Positions 12,597 to 24,694 of a stretch of DNA of 64,000 nucleotides are shown piece by piece. Position 1 is the first letter of the stretch. The number at the start of each line of letters is the position of its first letter. The stretch is from the NCBI GenBank assembly GCA_002269645.1, contig NIVC01003329.1, positions 1-64,000 of the forward strand, in the 5' to 3' direction. This DNA is from Macrostomum lignano (taxonomy: Eukaryota). The notes under the pieces were generated by a model. The model made no database searches. It was not told the DNA's origin and saw only the letters and a list, made by a program, of their open reading frames with translations. Made by a program: the position numbers and the translations under genes.

Positions 12597-12805
12597 GGGA
12601 TTCAAGATCTGAGTCATGGGATTCGGGATCCGAGTCATGGGATTCGGGATCCGAGTCTTGGGATTCAAGATCTGAGTCATGGGATTCGGGATCAGAGTCA
12701 TGGGATTCAAGATCTGAGTCATGGGATTCAAGATCTGAGTCATGGGATTCGAGATCTGAGTCTTGGGATTCGAGATCCGAGTCATGGGATTCAAGATTCG
12801 AATCA
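12597..12805. repeat. 21-bp minisatellite GAGTCATGGGATTCAAGATCT
   Basis: About 10 tandem units. Confidence 0.9.
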
Positions 12806-14242
12806 TTCTCAGGAATTTATGGGATCCTGTATTCTGGACCCGAAGTGAAGTCGGGATGAGGACCTTGGGCTTTATCCTTGATCTTCATCCAAATAGATAT
12901 GATCTCCATAGCAACGTGTCTGAGCTTTACCTGTACTAATAATCCATCTATACTATCAAGACTAACATATTCTGTGTAATTACCTGTTTAGCAATCCGAC
13001 CTGTAATCTCAAGTATAACAAATCTTAATTGATCCATCGCTGCGAACCCATCAATCTGTATCGAACCTGTTTATATCTAATAGCAAAGAAACCCGCCATA
13101 GCTGGCGCCAGATATTTGACAGCCATTGTTCTGTAAATCACTGAATTCCCTTCGCATTATTCGGAGTAGAAGCTCAGCTCGAAACTCTGACTTGTTATTT
13201 TTTTATTTAAAGTGCCTAATCTTAAACTTAATCTTATATTTTCAGACCTCGGTGGCTGATTCAAGCAGCAGGAAGTCTTGTGGGTATAGCAGTAGCTTCC
13301 CATCAGGAAGGCTTACAGCAGACTGTAGCTTCCCATCAGGAAGTCTTACAGCAAACAGTAGTTTCCTATCAGGAAGGCTTGCAGATGCCAAAGTAGAAAA
13401 TTGAATTTGAACAATTATGAATTATCACCCATGTGCTTCCGAAAGCAGTGAGACAAGTGATCTGCGATACCCATGTAATTGTGCGGACAAAAAACTAAGT
13501 ACTCAAAGTGAACTCACGCGCATCAAACTGTATTTGGACAGTTGAAATTGTATTCAGACTGAACAGTGCTATAAATTAGCCATTGCGATCTTTGGTGTTC
13601 GCCGCTTGCTCGGGGATGGCATAAATGAATAACTGAACCAGGGAAAATGCACAGGGGAAAGATCCCTGGTATGTCCCTGGGATACAGGCAGACAAGCTCT
13701 AACTATCAGATCAGAGGCAACTCACTCGAACAAATAATTAAATAAAAATGATCAGAAAAACAGAATTTGGATTTGTCGCGCGCTACATACTACTGTCCAC
13801 GCGCTACTCAGTAAGCACTAAAGTCTCTCCAGCCAGAAAGGTTGCGCAGCCCAGGAGGGCGCGCTGATTGCACTCGCATAAATACAGGCTTGCCGTGCTG
13901 GAAAAGGGGAAAACAGCTCGGAGATCGGGGCAGAATTCGGCACGCAGCGTTTCGGCTTTTCTTCAAAACTGACGCAAATCAATTAAATAGAAATAGTTAA
14001 TAGTTAAAAATAAACAATTTGGCGCGAACACGTGAATTTGGTGAACTAGGCGGGGCTCTGTGTGACTAGACAGGGTGTCCGAATCAATCCATCAATCATT
14101 CTGGCTCTGCATGCCGGCGGGCTGAGCTGGAGAGTCGCTTGAGCAGCGAGCTGACTGACATCCGCGTCAGCAAAACTGGGGATTGGGGAATCAAAGCTGA
14201 GGTGCTTCGGACACGAAATCTCTATTCCTGCACGGAGAGCAT

Positions 14243-14628
14243 ATGTCCGGATTGGGGATTATGTGTCCGGATTTGGGACTATATGTCTGAATTGGGAATC
14301 ATATGTCCGGATTGGGAATCATAGTTCCGGATTGGGGATCATAGTTCCGGATTGGGGATCATAGTTCCGGATTGGGGATCATAGTTCCGGATTGGGGATC
14401 ATAGTTCCGGATTGGGGATCATAGTTCCGGATTGGGGATCATAGTTCCGGATTGGGGATCATAGTTCCGGATTGGGGATCATAGTTCCGGATTGGGGATC
14501 ATAGTTCCGGATTGGGTATCATGTGTCCGGATTGGGGATCATAGTTCCGGATTGGGGATCATAGTTCCGGATTGGGTATCATGTGTCCGGATTGAGGATC
14601 ATGTGTCCGGATTGGGGATCATGTGTGC
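14243..14628. repeat. 20-bp minisatellite CCGGATTGGGGATCATAGTT
   Basis: About 19 tandem units. Confidence 0.95.
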
Positions 14629-15424
14629 AAACTGGGTCAAGTGTCCGAATTAAGGATAACCAGATTTCGGGTCAGAGTGGGTCAGATCCCCATGGAAACC
14701 AAGCCCACAGAAAGCAGTGCCCCACAGAGAAAAGTGTAGCCGCCCGCAACCCCAGGCCAGCCCATTGCCGCATTGGCCAGCCGGAGAGCTCAGATAATCC
14801 GCAGCTCATTGCTCTGAGGACAATTATTAGTTATTAATTCGGGTTAGTAAATCACAAGCTACAGGTGAGGAATTTCGCTTACAGGGACAGAAAATTCTAA
14901 ATAAGCACACAATAACTGACAATAGGTCCAGCTTCGCCACCCGAACTCGCAAGTCAGGAATAGAAAAATATAGGATAGAGAAAAAACATTATAAAAAACA
15001 GCTAGTCCCTAAATAATTTAACAGTGCAAGCACAGGAAGGCACGGCAGATGCTAGCAGGACAGACAGAGTTTACCTGGCCAAAATCAGGGCAGTGCGGCA
15101 CAACAGTAAGCAGTTAATATGCAGACTGGGCAGGGCTCACAGCACGGGCTGAATTCAATTGATGGGATCGGCAATCACAGGCCGGCAAATCGGGGGAGTG
15201 AAAATTAATGGGATCATTTTCTCAGAAAAATTCGATCATCTTTTAGTCAGACTGAGAATGAAGAAAAACAAAAACTGATTCGTTTAAACAAATACGCGCG
15301 AATTCAAAATCGGGTCAACAGGGGAAAGGCTGGTTACGGAGTCCGACGCAGCGAAGGTCTATCATGGAAGTCGCTTCAGTCTTGAAGGCGGAGCACCAGG
15401 AGGAGGGGTTCAGCGGCCGACGGC

Positions 15425-18400
15425 TCAGTCCCGCTTGGGTCGTCCGACAGCCGGGACGGCGGACGAGGACGACGAGGAGCGCTGGCGCTGCCTGGCCATG
15501 TTGAAGCCCACGGCCTGCTCGGCCGCCTTCTGCGTCACGGCCACGTACAGCGGGCAACCGATCTGGGGCGGCGGTTGAGAATAGCATGGGATTCAGGTTG
15601 AGCAGTGCTAATGGTTTGGGATTCAGGTTGAGCAGTGCTAATGGTATGGGATTCAGGTTGAGCAGTGCTAATGGTATGGGATTCAGGTTGAGCAGTGCTA
15701 ATGGTTTGGGATTCAGGTTGAGCAGTGCTAATGGTTTGGGATTCAGGTTGAGCAGTGCTAATGGTTTGGGATTCAGGTTGAGCAGTGCTAATGGTTTGGG
15801 ATTCAGGTTGAGCAGTGCTAATGGTATGGGATTCAGATTGAGCAGTGCTAATGGTATGGGATTCAGATTGAGCAGTGCTAATGGTATGGGATTCAGGTTG
15901 AGCAGTGCTAATGGTATGGGATTCAGATTGAGCAGTGCTAATGGTATGGGATTCAGGTTGAGCAGTGCTAATGGTATGGGATTCAGGTTAAGCAGTGCCA
16001 ATGGGATGGGATTCAGATTGAGCAGTGCTAATGGTATGGGATTCAGGTTGAGCAGTGCTAATGGTATGGGATTCAGGTTAAGCAGTGCCAATGGTATGGG
16101 ATTCAGGTTGAGCAGTGCTAATGGTGTGGGATTTAGATTGAGCAGTGCCAATGGTATGGGATTCAGATTGAGCAATGCTAATGGTATGGGATTCAGATTG
16201 AGCAGTGCCAATGGTATGGGATTCAGGTTGAGCAGTGCTAATGGTATGGGATTCAGATTGAGCAGTGCCAATGGGATGGGATTCAGGTTGAGCAGTGCTA
16301 ATGGGATGGGATTCAGATTGAGCAGTGCTAATGGTATGGAATTCAGGTTGAGCAGTGCTAATGGTATGGGATTCAGGTTGAGCAGTGCTAATGGTGTGGG
16401 ATTCAGATTGAGTAGTGCTCATATTTGGATTGAAATGACGATCAGGCTGCATCAAGGGCGATTGTCGGGAGGCATCAGGGGCGACTGTTGGAGTCAGAAA
16501 GCAGTTCCAGCAGTCGGTGAAGTGCAATGTATTTTTCCACTGACAGGTCCAAGTTACACCAAACCAACCAAGGTTTACACAAGTTCAACAATCCCAGACG
16601 CATCCATAAAGTGCAAAAGCTCTAGCAATCTCCCCCACCATGTCCGCCCCGTCTGCTGCCTGTCAACCTCAGCAGCATCGGGCAAAACCTGCGCCATCCA
16701 GCCCGGCCAGATGCGGCCCAATATTCGACTGCAGCGTCCGCAGCGAGCAGAATTAGCGGGCCAAAAATATCCCATAGTCCCATAGAGAAAGTAGAGCCTG
16801 AGGAAAAGGACACTTGAAAAAAATCAGACAAAAAAGGAAGATCGAGGAGGGCGAGAAAAGCCAGGAAAGAGAGAGACGGCGAGGCCTGCGCCGAAAATCT
16901 GCGCATCTCCCGGGCGCAGCCGAATCTCCTGCCGCATGCGAGCCGGAGCCCCCAGAGACCGAGGCAGGCGGGACGACCCCCCCAGCCAGCCGTGAATGTA
17001 CGGCCTCATTGAAATTCAGGCCTGCCCCTCCCCTGGGTACAGAATTCAGAATTAGCCATGCATTGATGAGGCCGCGCCCAGGAAAGTCTTGCAAAAAAAC
17101 TGCACAGCCACAGGGGACCCCCGCAGTGCTGTGACAGCCCAGTTCAAAATCCATACCACACTTTGACCCCACCTAAGCTAAACCAATATCTGCATGCTTG
17201 TGTTGGCTCAGGGCAAACAGAACAGCAACAATCTCTAGGCATAGCGCCCCTAACAGCTGGACCTATGCGATTGGCCAATACTACGCTTGATAGCTTTAGG
17301 CATTGTACTCTTCTGAAAGCCTATTACACTCGAATTGCCGCACTGATGACCCAATCCCAGCCTCACTGACCCCAATCCCAGCCTCACTGACCCCAATCCC
17401 AGCCTCACTGACCCCAATCCCAGCCTCACTGACCCCAATCCCAGCCTCACTGACCCAATCCCAGCTACACTGACCCCAATCCCAGCCTCACTGACCCAAT
17501 CCCAGCCTCACTGACCCCAATCCCAGCCACACTGACCCAATCCCAGCCGCAATGACCCAATCCCAGCCTCACTGACACCAATCCCAGCCTCACTGACCCA
17601 ATCCCAGCTACACTGACCCCAATCCCAGCCTCACTGACCCCAATCCCAGCCTCACTGACCCCAATCCCAGCCTCACTGACCCAATCCCAGCTACACTGAC
17701 CCCAATCCCAGCCTCACGGACCCAATCCCAGCCTCACTGACCCCAATCCCAGCCTCACTGACCCCAATCCCAGCCTCACTGACCCAATCCCAGCCACACT
17801 GACCCCAACTCCAACCACACTGACCCCAACTCCAACCACACTGACCCCAACTCCAACCACACTGACCCCAACTCCAACCACACTGACCCCAACTCCAACC
17901 ACACTGACCCCAACTCCAACCACACTGACCCCAACTCCAACCACACTGACCCCAACTCCAACCACACTGACCCCAACTCCAACCACACTGACCCCAACTC
18001 CAACCACACTGACCCCAACTCCAACCACACTGACCCCAACTCCAAGCACATGACCCCAATCCCAGCTACACTGACCCCAATCCCAGCCTCACTGACCCAA
18101 TCCCAGCCACACTGACCCAATCCCAGCCACACTGACCCCAACTCCAACCACACTGACCCCAACTCCAACCACACTGACCCCAACTCCAACCACACTGACC
18201 CCAACTCCAACCACACTGACCCCAACTCCAACCACACTGACCCCAACTCCAACCACACTGACCCCAACTCCAACCACACTGACCCCAACTCCAACCACAC
18301 TGACCCCAACTCCAACCACACTGACCCCAACTCCAACCACACTGACCCCAACTCCAACCACACTGACCCCAACTCCAACCACACTGACCCCAACTCCAAC

Positions 18401-21400
18401 CACACTGACCCCAACTCCAACCACACTGACCCCAACTCCAACCACACTGACCCCAACTCCAACCACACTGACCCCAACTCCAACCACACTGACCCCAACT
18501 CCAACCACACTGACCCCAACTCCAACCACACTGACCCCAACTCCAAGCACATGACCCCAATCCCAGCTACACTGACCCCAATCCCAGCTACACTGACCCC
18601 AATCCCAGCCACACTGACCCCAACTCCAACCACACTGACCCCAACTCCAAGCACACTGACCCCAACTCCAACCACACTGACCCCAATCCCAGCCACACTG
18701 ACCCCAATCCCAGCCACACTGACCCCAACTCCAACCACACTGACCCCAACTCCAAGCACACTGACCCCAACTCCAAGCACACTGACCCCAATCCCAGCTA
18801 CACTGACCCCAATCCCAGCTACACTGACCCCAATCCCAGCTACACTGACCCCGATCCCAGCCTCACTGACCCCAATCCCAGCTACACTGACCCCAATCCC
18901 AGCCACACTCACCCCAATCCCAGCCACACTGACCCCAACTCCAAGCACACTGACCCCAACTCCAACCACACTGACCCCAACTCCAAGCACACTGACCCCA
19001 ACTCCAACCACACTGACCCCAACTCCAAGCACACTGACCCCAACTCCAAGCCCATGCCAGCGACTCGCACCTTATCCCACAGCAGATTGGCAAAGGCATC
19101 GATATGGTGGCCCAGGTCCAAGTAGTTGCCACTGTGCCTGACGTAGCACCAGGTGATGAGGGCCACGATGAGGACCCACACCATCCAGGTGCACAGGTTG
19201 GCCAGCGGGTCCAGGCCGATGAAGTCCAAGAAGCCGGCCAGGAAGTAGCAGAGCAGCAGGGCGCTGAACAGCACAGACAGGGTGCGCATGCCAACGTACA
19301 CGTTCTTGGACTGGTTGTGCGCCCTGTACATCTCGAAGGCCTCGTCGCAGTCCAGGCTGAGCTGCTCCTCGTACTGGGCGCTGAACTCCGGGCCGCCCAT
19401 CTTGCGCAGCTTGCGGAACCAGACCAGGCTGTCATCTACGCAGCGCCTGTGCTCGTCCAGCAGCTTGTCCGGCGCCACGTAGGGCCGCTCGCCGCCGCAA
19501 ACTTCCTCCATAAGGCCCGTGTACACCGTGCGGGAGGCGGCCACGGCGGCCAGGTTGTTGGCCTCCGCGGTGGCCATCAGCATCGTCTTCGGCTGCGGCA
19601 GGTCGTCGCCCTGAATTTGCGTTTGGGTGAAATCAGTGCGGGGCTGCTGCTGGACCAGATGCCTAATGTACTATGCTGGGGGGTGGGGCGGGGGGGGGGC
19701 TTGTCTAGCAGGACGATGGAGAAGGGTGTCTGTCTGCCGCATAGTGATGATGGAGAAGGGTGTCTGTCTGCCACATAGATGATGGAGAAGGGAGTCTGTC
19801 TGCCACATGGATCATGTAGAAAGGTGTCTGTCTGCCACATAGTGATGATGGAGAAGAATGTCTGTCTGCCACATAGTGATGATGGAGAAGAATGTCTGTC
19901 TGCCACATAGTGATGATGGAGAAGGGTGTCTGTCTGCCACATAGATGATGGAGAAGGGAGTCTGTCTGCCACATGGATCATGTAGAAAGGTGTCTGTCTG
20001 CCACATAGTGATGATGGAGAAGAATGTCTGTCTGCCACATAGTGATGATGGAGAAGAATGTCTGTCTGCCACATAGTGATGATGGAGAAGAATGTCTGTC
20101 TGCCACATAGTGATGATGGAGAAGGGTGTCTGTCTGCCACATAGATGATGGAGAAGAATGTCTGTCTGCCACATAGTGATGATGGAGAAGGGAGTCTGTA
20201 TGCCACATGGATCATGTAGAAGGGTGTCTGTCTGCCACATAGTGATGATGGAGAAGGGTGTCACAGCAAACCTAGGCTGCCAGAAAGGGGTGCTCAGCTT
20301 CGAAATGTGAACACAAACACAAGTGTGACGAGGTCCGCAGGCCCGCATACCTGGTAGATGGGCATGTAGGCCTTAAAGTAGTGAAGCAGCTCCTGGCAGG
20401 TGACGTCGGCCCCGTTAATTCGCTTCACCACCAGGTTGGCGGGGGCCAGCAGGCGGGGCACCAGCAGGCGCAGCTGAGCCACGAACTGCGGATGGATGGC
20501 AGACAGCCGGCCGTCGAAGGTCGGGTCGGTGGCGACGTCCAGGCCGGGATGCGGCAACAGGAAGCAGCTGATGTCATCGAAGCACTGGCGAATGTGCCGG
20601 CGCAGCTGCTGCAGCTCGTGGTGCTGCTTGTCGTTGATGAGCAGTCGCTTCTCCAGCAGGGCGCGGCCGCCCTCCTCACCGAAGCCGTGCTCGTACGGGT
20701 AGCTCCAGTCGCGCACGAGAAACAGCAGGTGCTGGAAGGGCGCCCCGGCGCTCTCAAGGCTCTCCTGGGCCAGCTTGCCGTACTCGGTGAACAGCTGCAG
20801 GTGCTGCAGGTCGTCCTCCTGGATGTTGGTGCTCAGGTTGTAGATCTGCACGCTGCTCAACATGGTGCTCAGAGCGAACACGGTGGCGCAGTCCCGCACA
20901 GTCGATTGGCTGTCAAAAGCGCCCTGGGTGTCCATGAGCAGCACGGCCATCTTCTCCCCGCCGGCCAGGGTGACCAGGAACGGCTCCGACCACAGCAGGA
21001 TGCCGGTGGTGTCCCGCTCGGAGCCGCCGCGCCAGGAGAAGCCGCGCAGTGGCTGACTGCTGGACCCCAGCCAGTCCTCGGCGCCGCAGCTGCCCGCCAG
21101 GCCGCCGCCGTCCGTGTCAGAAATGCAGGCAAGGTAGCGCAGGAAATAATTGAGCAGGAAGGACTTGCCCTTGCGAAATGCACCGGCCACGCTGACTACG
21201 GCGACCCGGTGGTCCCGGATTCGATCGTTGAGCAGCAGTTGCTCAAGTGCGGGCAGGTCGAGGTCGAACTTGCCTTTGCCGTCCTCCCCATAGGTGGCGG
21301 TCACGATTTGAATTGGTCGGGGCACGGCGGCCGGGCCATCCATGGCAGCCAGCTGCTGCTGCTTGTGATGGTCGTGAGAGACTGGGTGCTCATTTGCCTC

Positions 21401-21409
21401 GCTAGACAT
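15425..21409 (-). CDS. ATL: Atlastin (ER membrane-fusion dynamin-like GTPase), 3 coding exons, 578 aa
   Basis: Exons 21409-20351, 19610-19071 and 15562-15425. Motifs: P-loop [45 protein letters not shown]-like RKMGG, a two-TM hairpin, and the amphipathic tail WDK|[19 protein letters not shown]. Confidence 0.96.
15586..16420. repeat. 30-bp minisatellite ATGGTATGGGATTCAGGTTGAGCAGTGCTA (atlastin last intron)
   Basis: About 28 tandem units ending about 20 nt from the acceptor. Confidence 0.95.
17342..19052. repeat. 21-bp minisatellite CACTGACCCCAA(C/T)(T/C)C(C)A.. (atlastin last intron)
   Basis: About 80 tandem units in two variant classes, starting about 20 nt after the donor at 19070. Confidence 0.95.
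19715..20260. repeat. 31/34-bp minisatellite GATGGAGAAGGGTGTCTGTCTGCCACATAGTGAT (atlastin intron)
   Basis: Tandem units between the 20350 donor and the 19611 acceptor. Confidence 0.93.
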
Positions 21410-21487
21410 TGTTGCAGAGTCTGCTTTTTTGATAGCTGTGCTGAGTGACAACTCGAGTTTGTTGGCGCTGACGTTGCGGCAAGCAGC

Positions 21488-22272
21488 AGTTTGAGATGGT
21501 GGGGAGGGGGCTGATATTGCAGTTTGAGATGATATGAGGGCTGATACTGCAGTTTGAGATGATATGAGGGCTGGTGCTCCCAGTTTGAGATGATATGAGG
21601 GCTGGTGCTCCCAGTTTGAGATGATATGAGGGCTGATACTGCAGTTTGAGATGATGAGGGCTGATACTGCAGTTTGAGATGATATGAGGGCTGATACTGC
21701 AGTTTGAGATGATGAGGGCTGATACTGCAGTTTGAGATGATATGAGGGCTGATACTGCAGTTTGAGATGATATGAGGGCTGATACTGCAGTTTGAGATGA
21801 TGAGGGCTGATACTGCAGTTTGAGATGATATGAGGGCTGATACTGCAGTTTGAGATGATATGAGGGCTGATACTGCAGTTTGAGATGATGAGGGCTGATA
21901 TTGCAGTTTGAGATGATATGAGGGCTGATACTGCAGTTTGAGATGATATGAGGGCTGATACTGCAGTTTGAGATGATGAGGGCTGATACTGCAGTTTGAG
22001 ATGATATGAGGGCTGATACTGCAGTTTGAGATGATATGAGGGCTGATACTGCAGTTTGAGATGATGAGGGCTGATACTGCAGTTTGAGATGATATGAGGG
22101 CTGATACTGCAGTTTGAGATGATATGAGGGCTGATACTGCAGTTTGAGATGATGAGGGCTGATATTGCAGTTTGAGATGATATGAGGGCTGATACTGCAG
22201 TTTGAGATGATATGAGGGCTGGTGCTTCCAGTTTGAGATGATATGAGGGCTGGTGCTTCCAGTTTGAGATGA
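21488..22272. repeat. 27/30-bp minisatellite TGCAGTTTGAGATGA(TAT)GAGGGCTGATAC upstream of the atlastin ATG
   Basis: About 27 tandem units; probably a 5'UTR intron. Confidence 0.93.
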
Positions 22273-24694
22273 CAAAAGAGCTGCAGTACAATATAAATTG
22301 TAGCATATCAAGGATAAGTTGCAAAACTATCAAATTTTTGACAATTTTCTCCATTTTTAAAAACATTTTTTGACAGAATTAGATGTCAAATTGAAGTTTT
22401 TTGTTATTTTTTGGGCAAGTCATAAACCAAAGTTGCTTGTTCTAGTTTTTTAGCTAATGTAATTTTAAAGGCTGCATATATATAATTAGCTTTATATTTA
22501 TATTACTATAATTTTATATTCAAATTAATATAATTTAACTATAACCTAGTTTTCATGCTAAAGTAAGAAATAAAAGTTCAACTAAATCCCTAATTTGGCT
22601 AGGATTTATAATTTAATTTACTATTAAGCTTATACTAATAAAACAAATCAGATAATTTATTATGTTTGTCTTTTATTATAATAAAAAATAAGACAAAAGG
22701 CTAAGCTAATAACATAATGCATAATATTATTATAAATAATAAGAAAATATAGTTTACAAATAAATAATTTGGCCTTGCAATATACCAAAAACTAGATTAT
22801 AATATAGTTAAACAACTATTTACAAAATTTTCAAGTTTTAAATTTATTATATTATAAATATTTTGGACTTTCATTTTTGTTAGAATTTAGGGGTTGCTTT
22901 TGTCTAAGAGTATATATTTATTTATTTACTATCTATAAAAATGTACTTTTTTTCTTCAATGTACATAAGCCATCCTATCTTTGCTTAACCCACTATACAT
23001 TAAATAATAATAACTAAAAAGGTACAATTTTGGTTAGTATATTTTTTCTACTTTTTGTATTTGTTTGCCTATGTGAGATTGCACAAATTGCTGAAGGCAA
23101 AATTCTATCCAATTTTGCTTGCTTCACTAATTTTTTATTACTAAGAAAATGTCTAATATAGAAACTAGTATATAAAGCATGGTTGAAACAGATAAAAAGA
23201 CAGTGAAAAAAACCAAGTCAAACTAGGGCACTCTGAATTTGTATATAAAGTGGCTCTAGATTGGCTAGTGAATATAAACTGGTGCTAATGTTGGAAGATC
23301 TAGACTATTTTTTGCCTAATAGTAATATGACAAAAAGCACACCTCAGTTAAGTTGAAAAAGCTAGGTGATCTAATCTGATGGATATAATGGTTATCAATC
23401 TAATAAATCTAATAGAGATAGATTGTAAAGTTAAATTAGATAGCAATGGATTGCTTCATCTGCATGTGCAAAATAAATTACCAATTAATAGTTTAATACA
23501 TTGGTATATTACTACCAATAGATTAGGGAAAATAATAGCAATGACATACCCAGTATTCTTTTTCAATAGCCATTATAATAGGCTAGGTATGATATAATTG
23601 CTATAGAATTAGTGTATAGAGTTATAATAGAATAAACCAGGAACAAGGAAGATAGGCCCCTAGAACAAAATAAAGTAAAAAAGTTTAGTAAAATGCAGCC
23701 CATGAAGATGGAGACAACTTGAATGCAACAAATACATTTAAACAATAATTGCAATAGATAACAAAATGGCCAGGACAAATGATTATACTAGACCTAATCA
23801 ATAGGAACCTAATTAACATTTAAAGGAAAAATGTTTTAGGCATTTTAAGAGGAGAGCCTGAAGTGAGAGGCTATTTAATAATATTGCTTTTTTAATTTTA
23901 AATTTAATTGCTATCAGGCTATCTTATTAATCGCATTGGCTATTATCATTGATCTTTTAGTTTTAAATGCCAGACCTATTGTCATTGACTGACAAATAAG
24001 CTAATGACCAAATAAGCTCGAAAAATTAATTTGTAGTAGGCCTACCTAAAATGGCATAACTAAAACTAGACTAGGCCTAGATAAAAAATATTTTAATATC
24101 TTTATAGGCCTAAGATAGGGCCTACAGCCTAGATTTGCTTTTGTCCCTTTGATAAATAGGCCTAGTAAGCGGTAGGCCCAATTATTGTTAATAATGACAA
24201 TGTTATTGATACTATAGGCAGAGGCCTAGCATAAAATGTCATAAAATATTTGTAAATTGTAGTTAGGCCTAAACTAGTTCTAAATTAGTTCATAAGAAGT
24301 CAGAACAGAAGACTGTTGTATAAATTATAAGAAGACTATTCTGTATTTTTTCAATAATTATAAATCAATTGAAATGCTTTGCGAGTAGCGCTTAAGCTTA
24401 ACTCTTAAACTTACGTAACTAATATAGATCGAAGACTAAGAGCTAAGTATAATTGTTAAAACTTAAAATTTATTCCCAATTATTAATTCTGCATAGTAAT
24501 AGTAGTAGTAGTAGTAAGTTGGCTCAGGCAAGAAGCCTGTTTGGCCAGTATATTTCTGTGTATTTAAGTTATTTTAGCATTAGTTGTTTAATTACGATTA
24601 AGTTCAAAAGGTTAAATTTGTTCAAAAGGTTAAATTTTTACACGAGTTACGATGCGAGTTACGATATTTGTAACATTATTAAGGTATTTGAAAG

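Noticed and set aside
15586-22366. Long repetitive ORFs ([32 protein letters not shown] and similar)
   Set aside because: These are translations of intronic minisatellites whose unit lengths are multiples of 3. They lie inside or upstream of atlastin, outside its coding exons.
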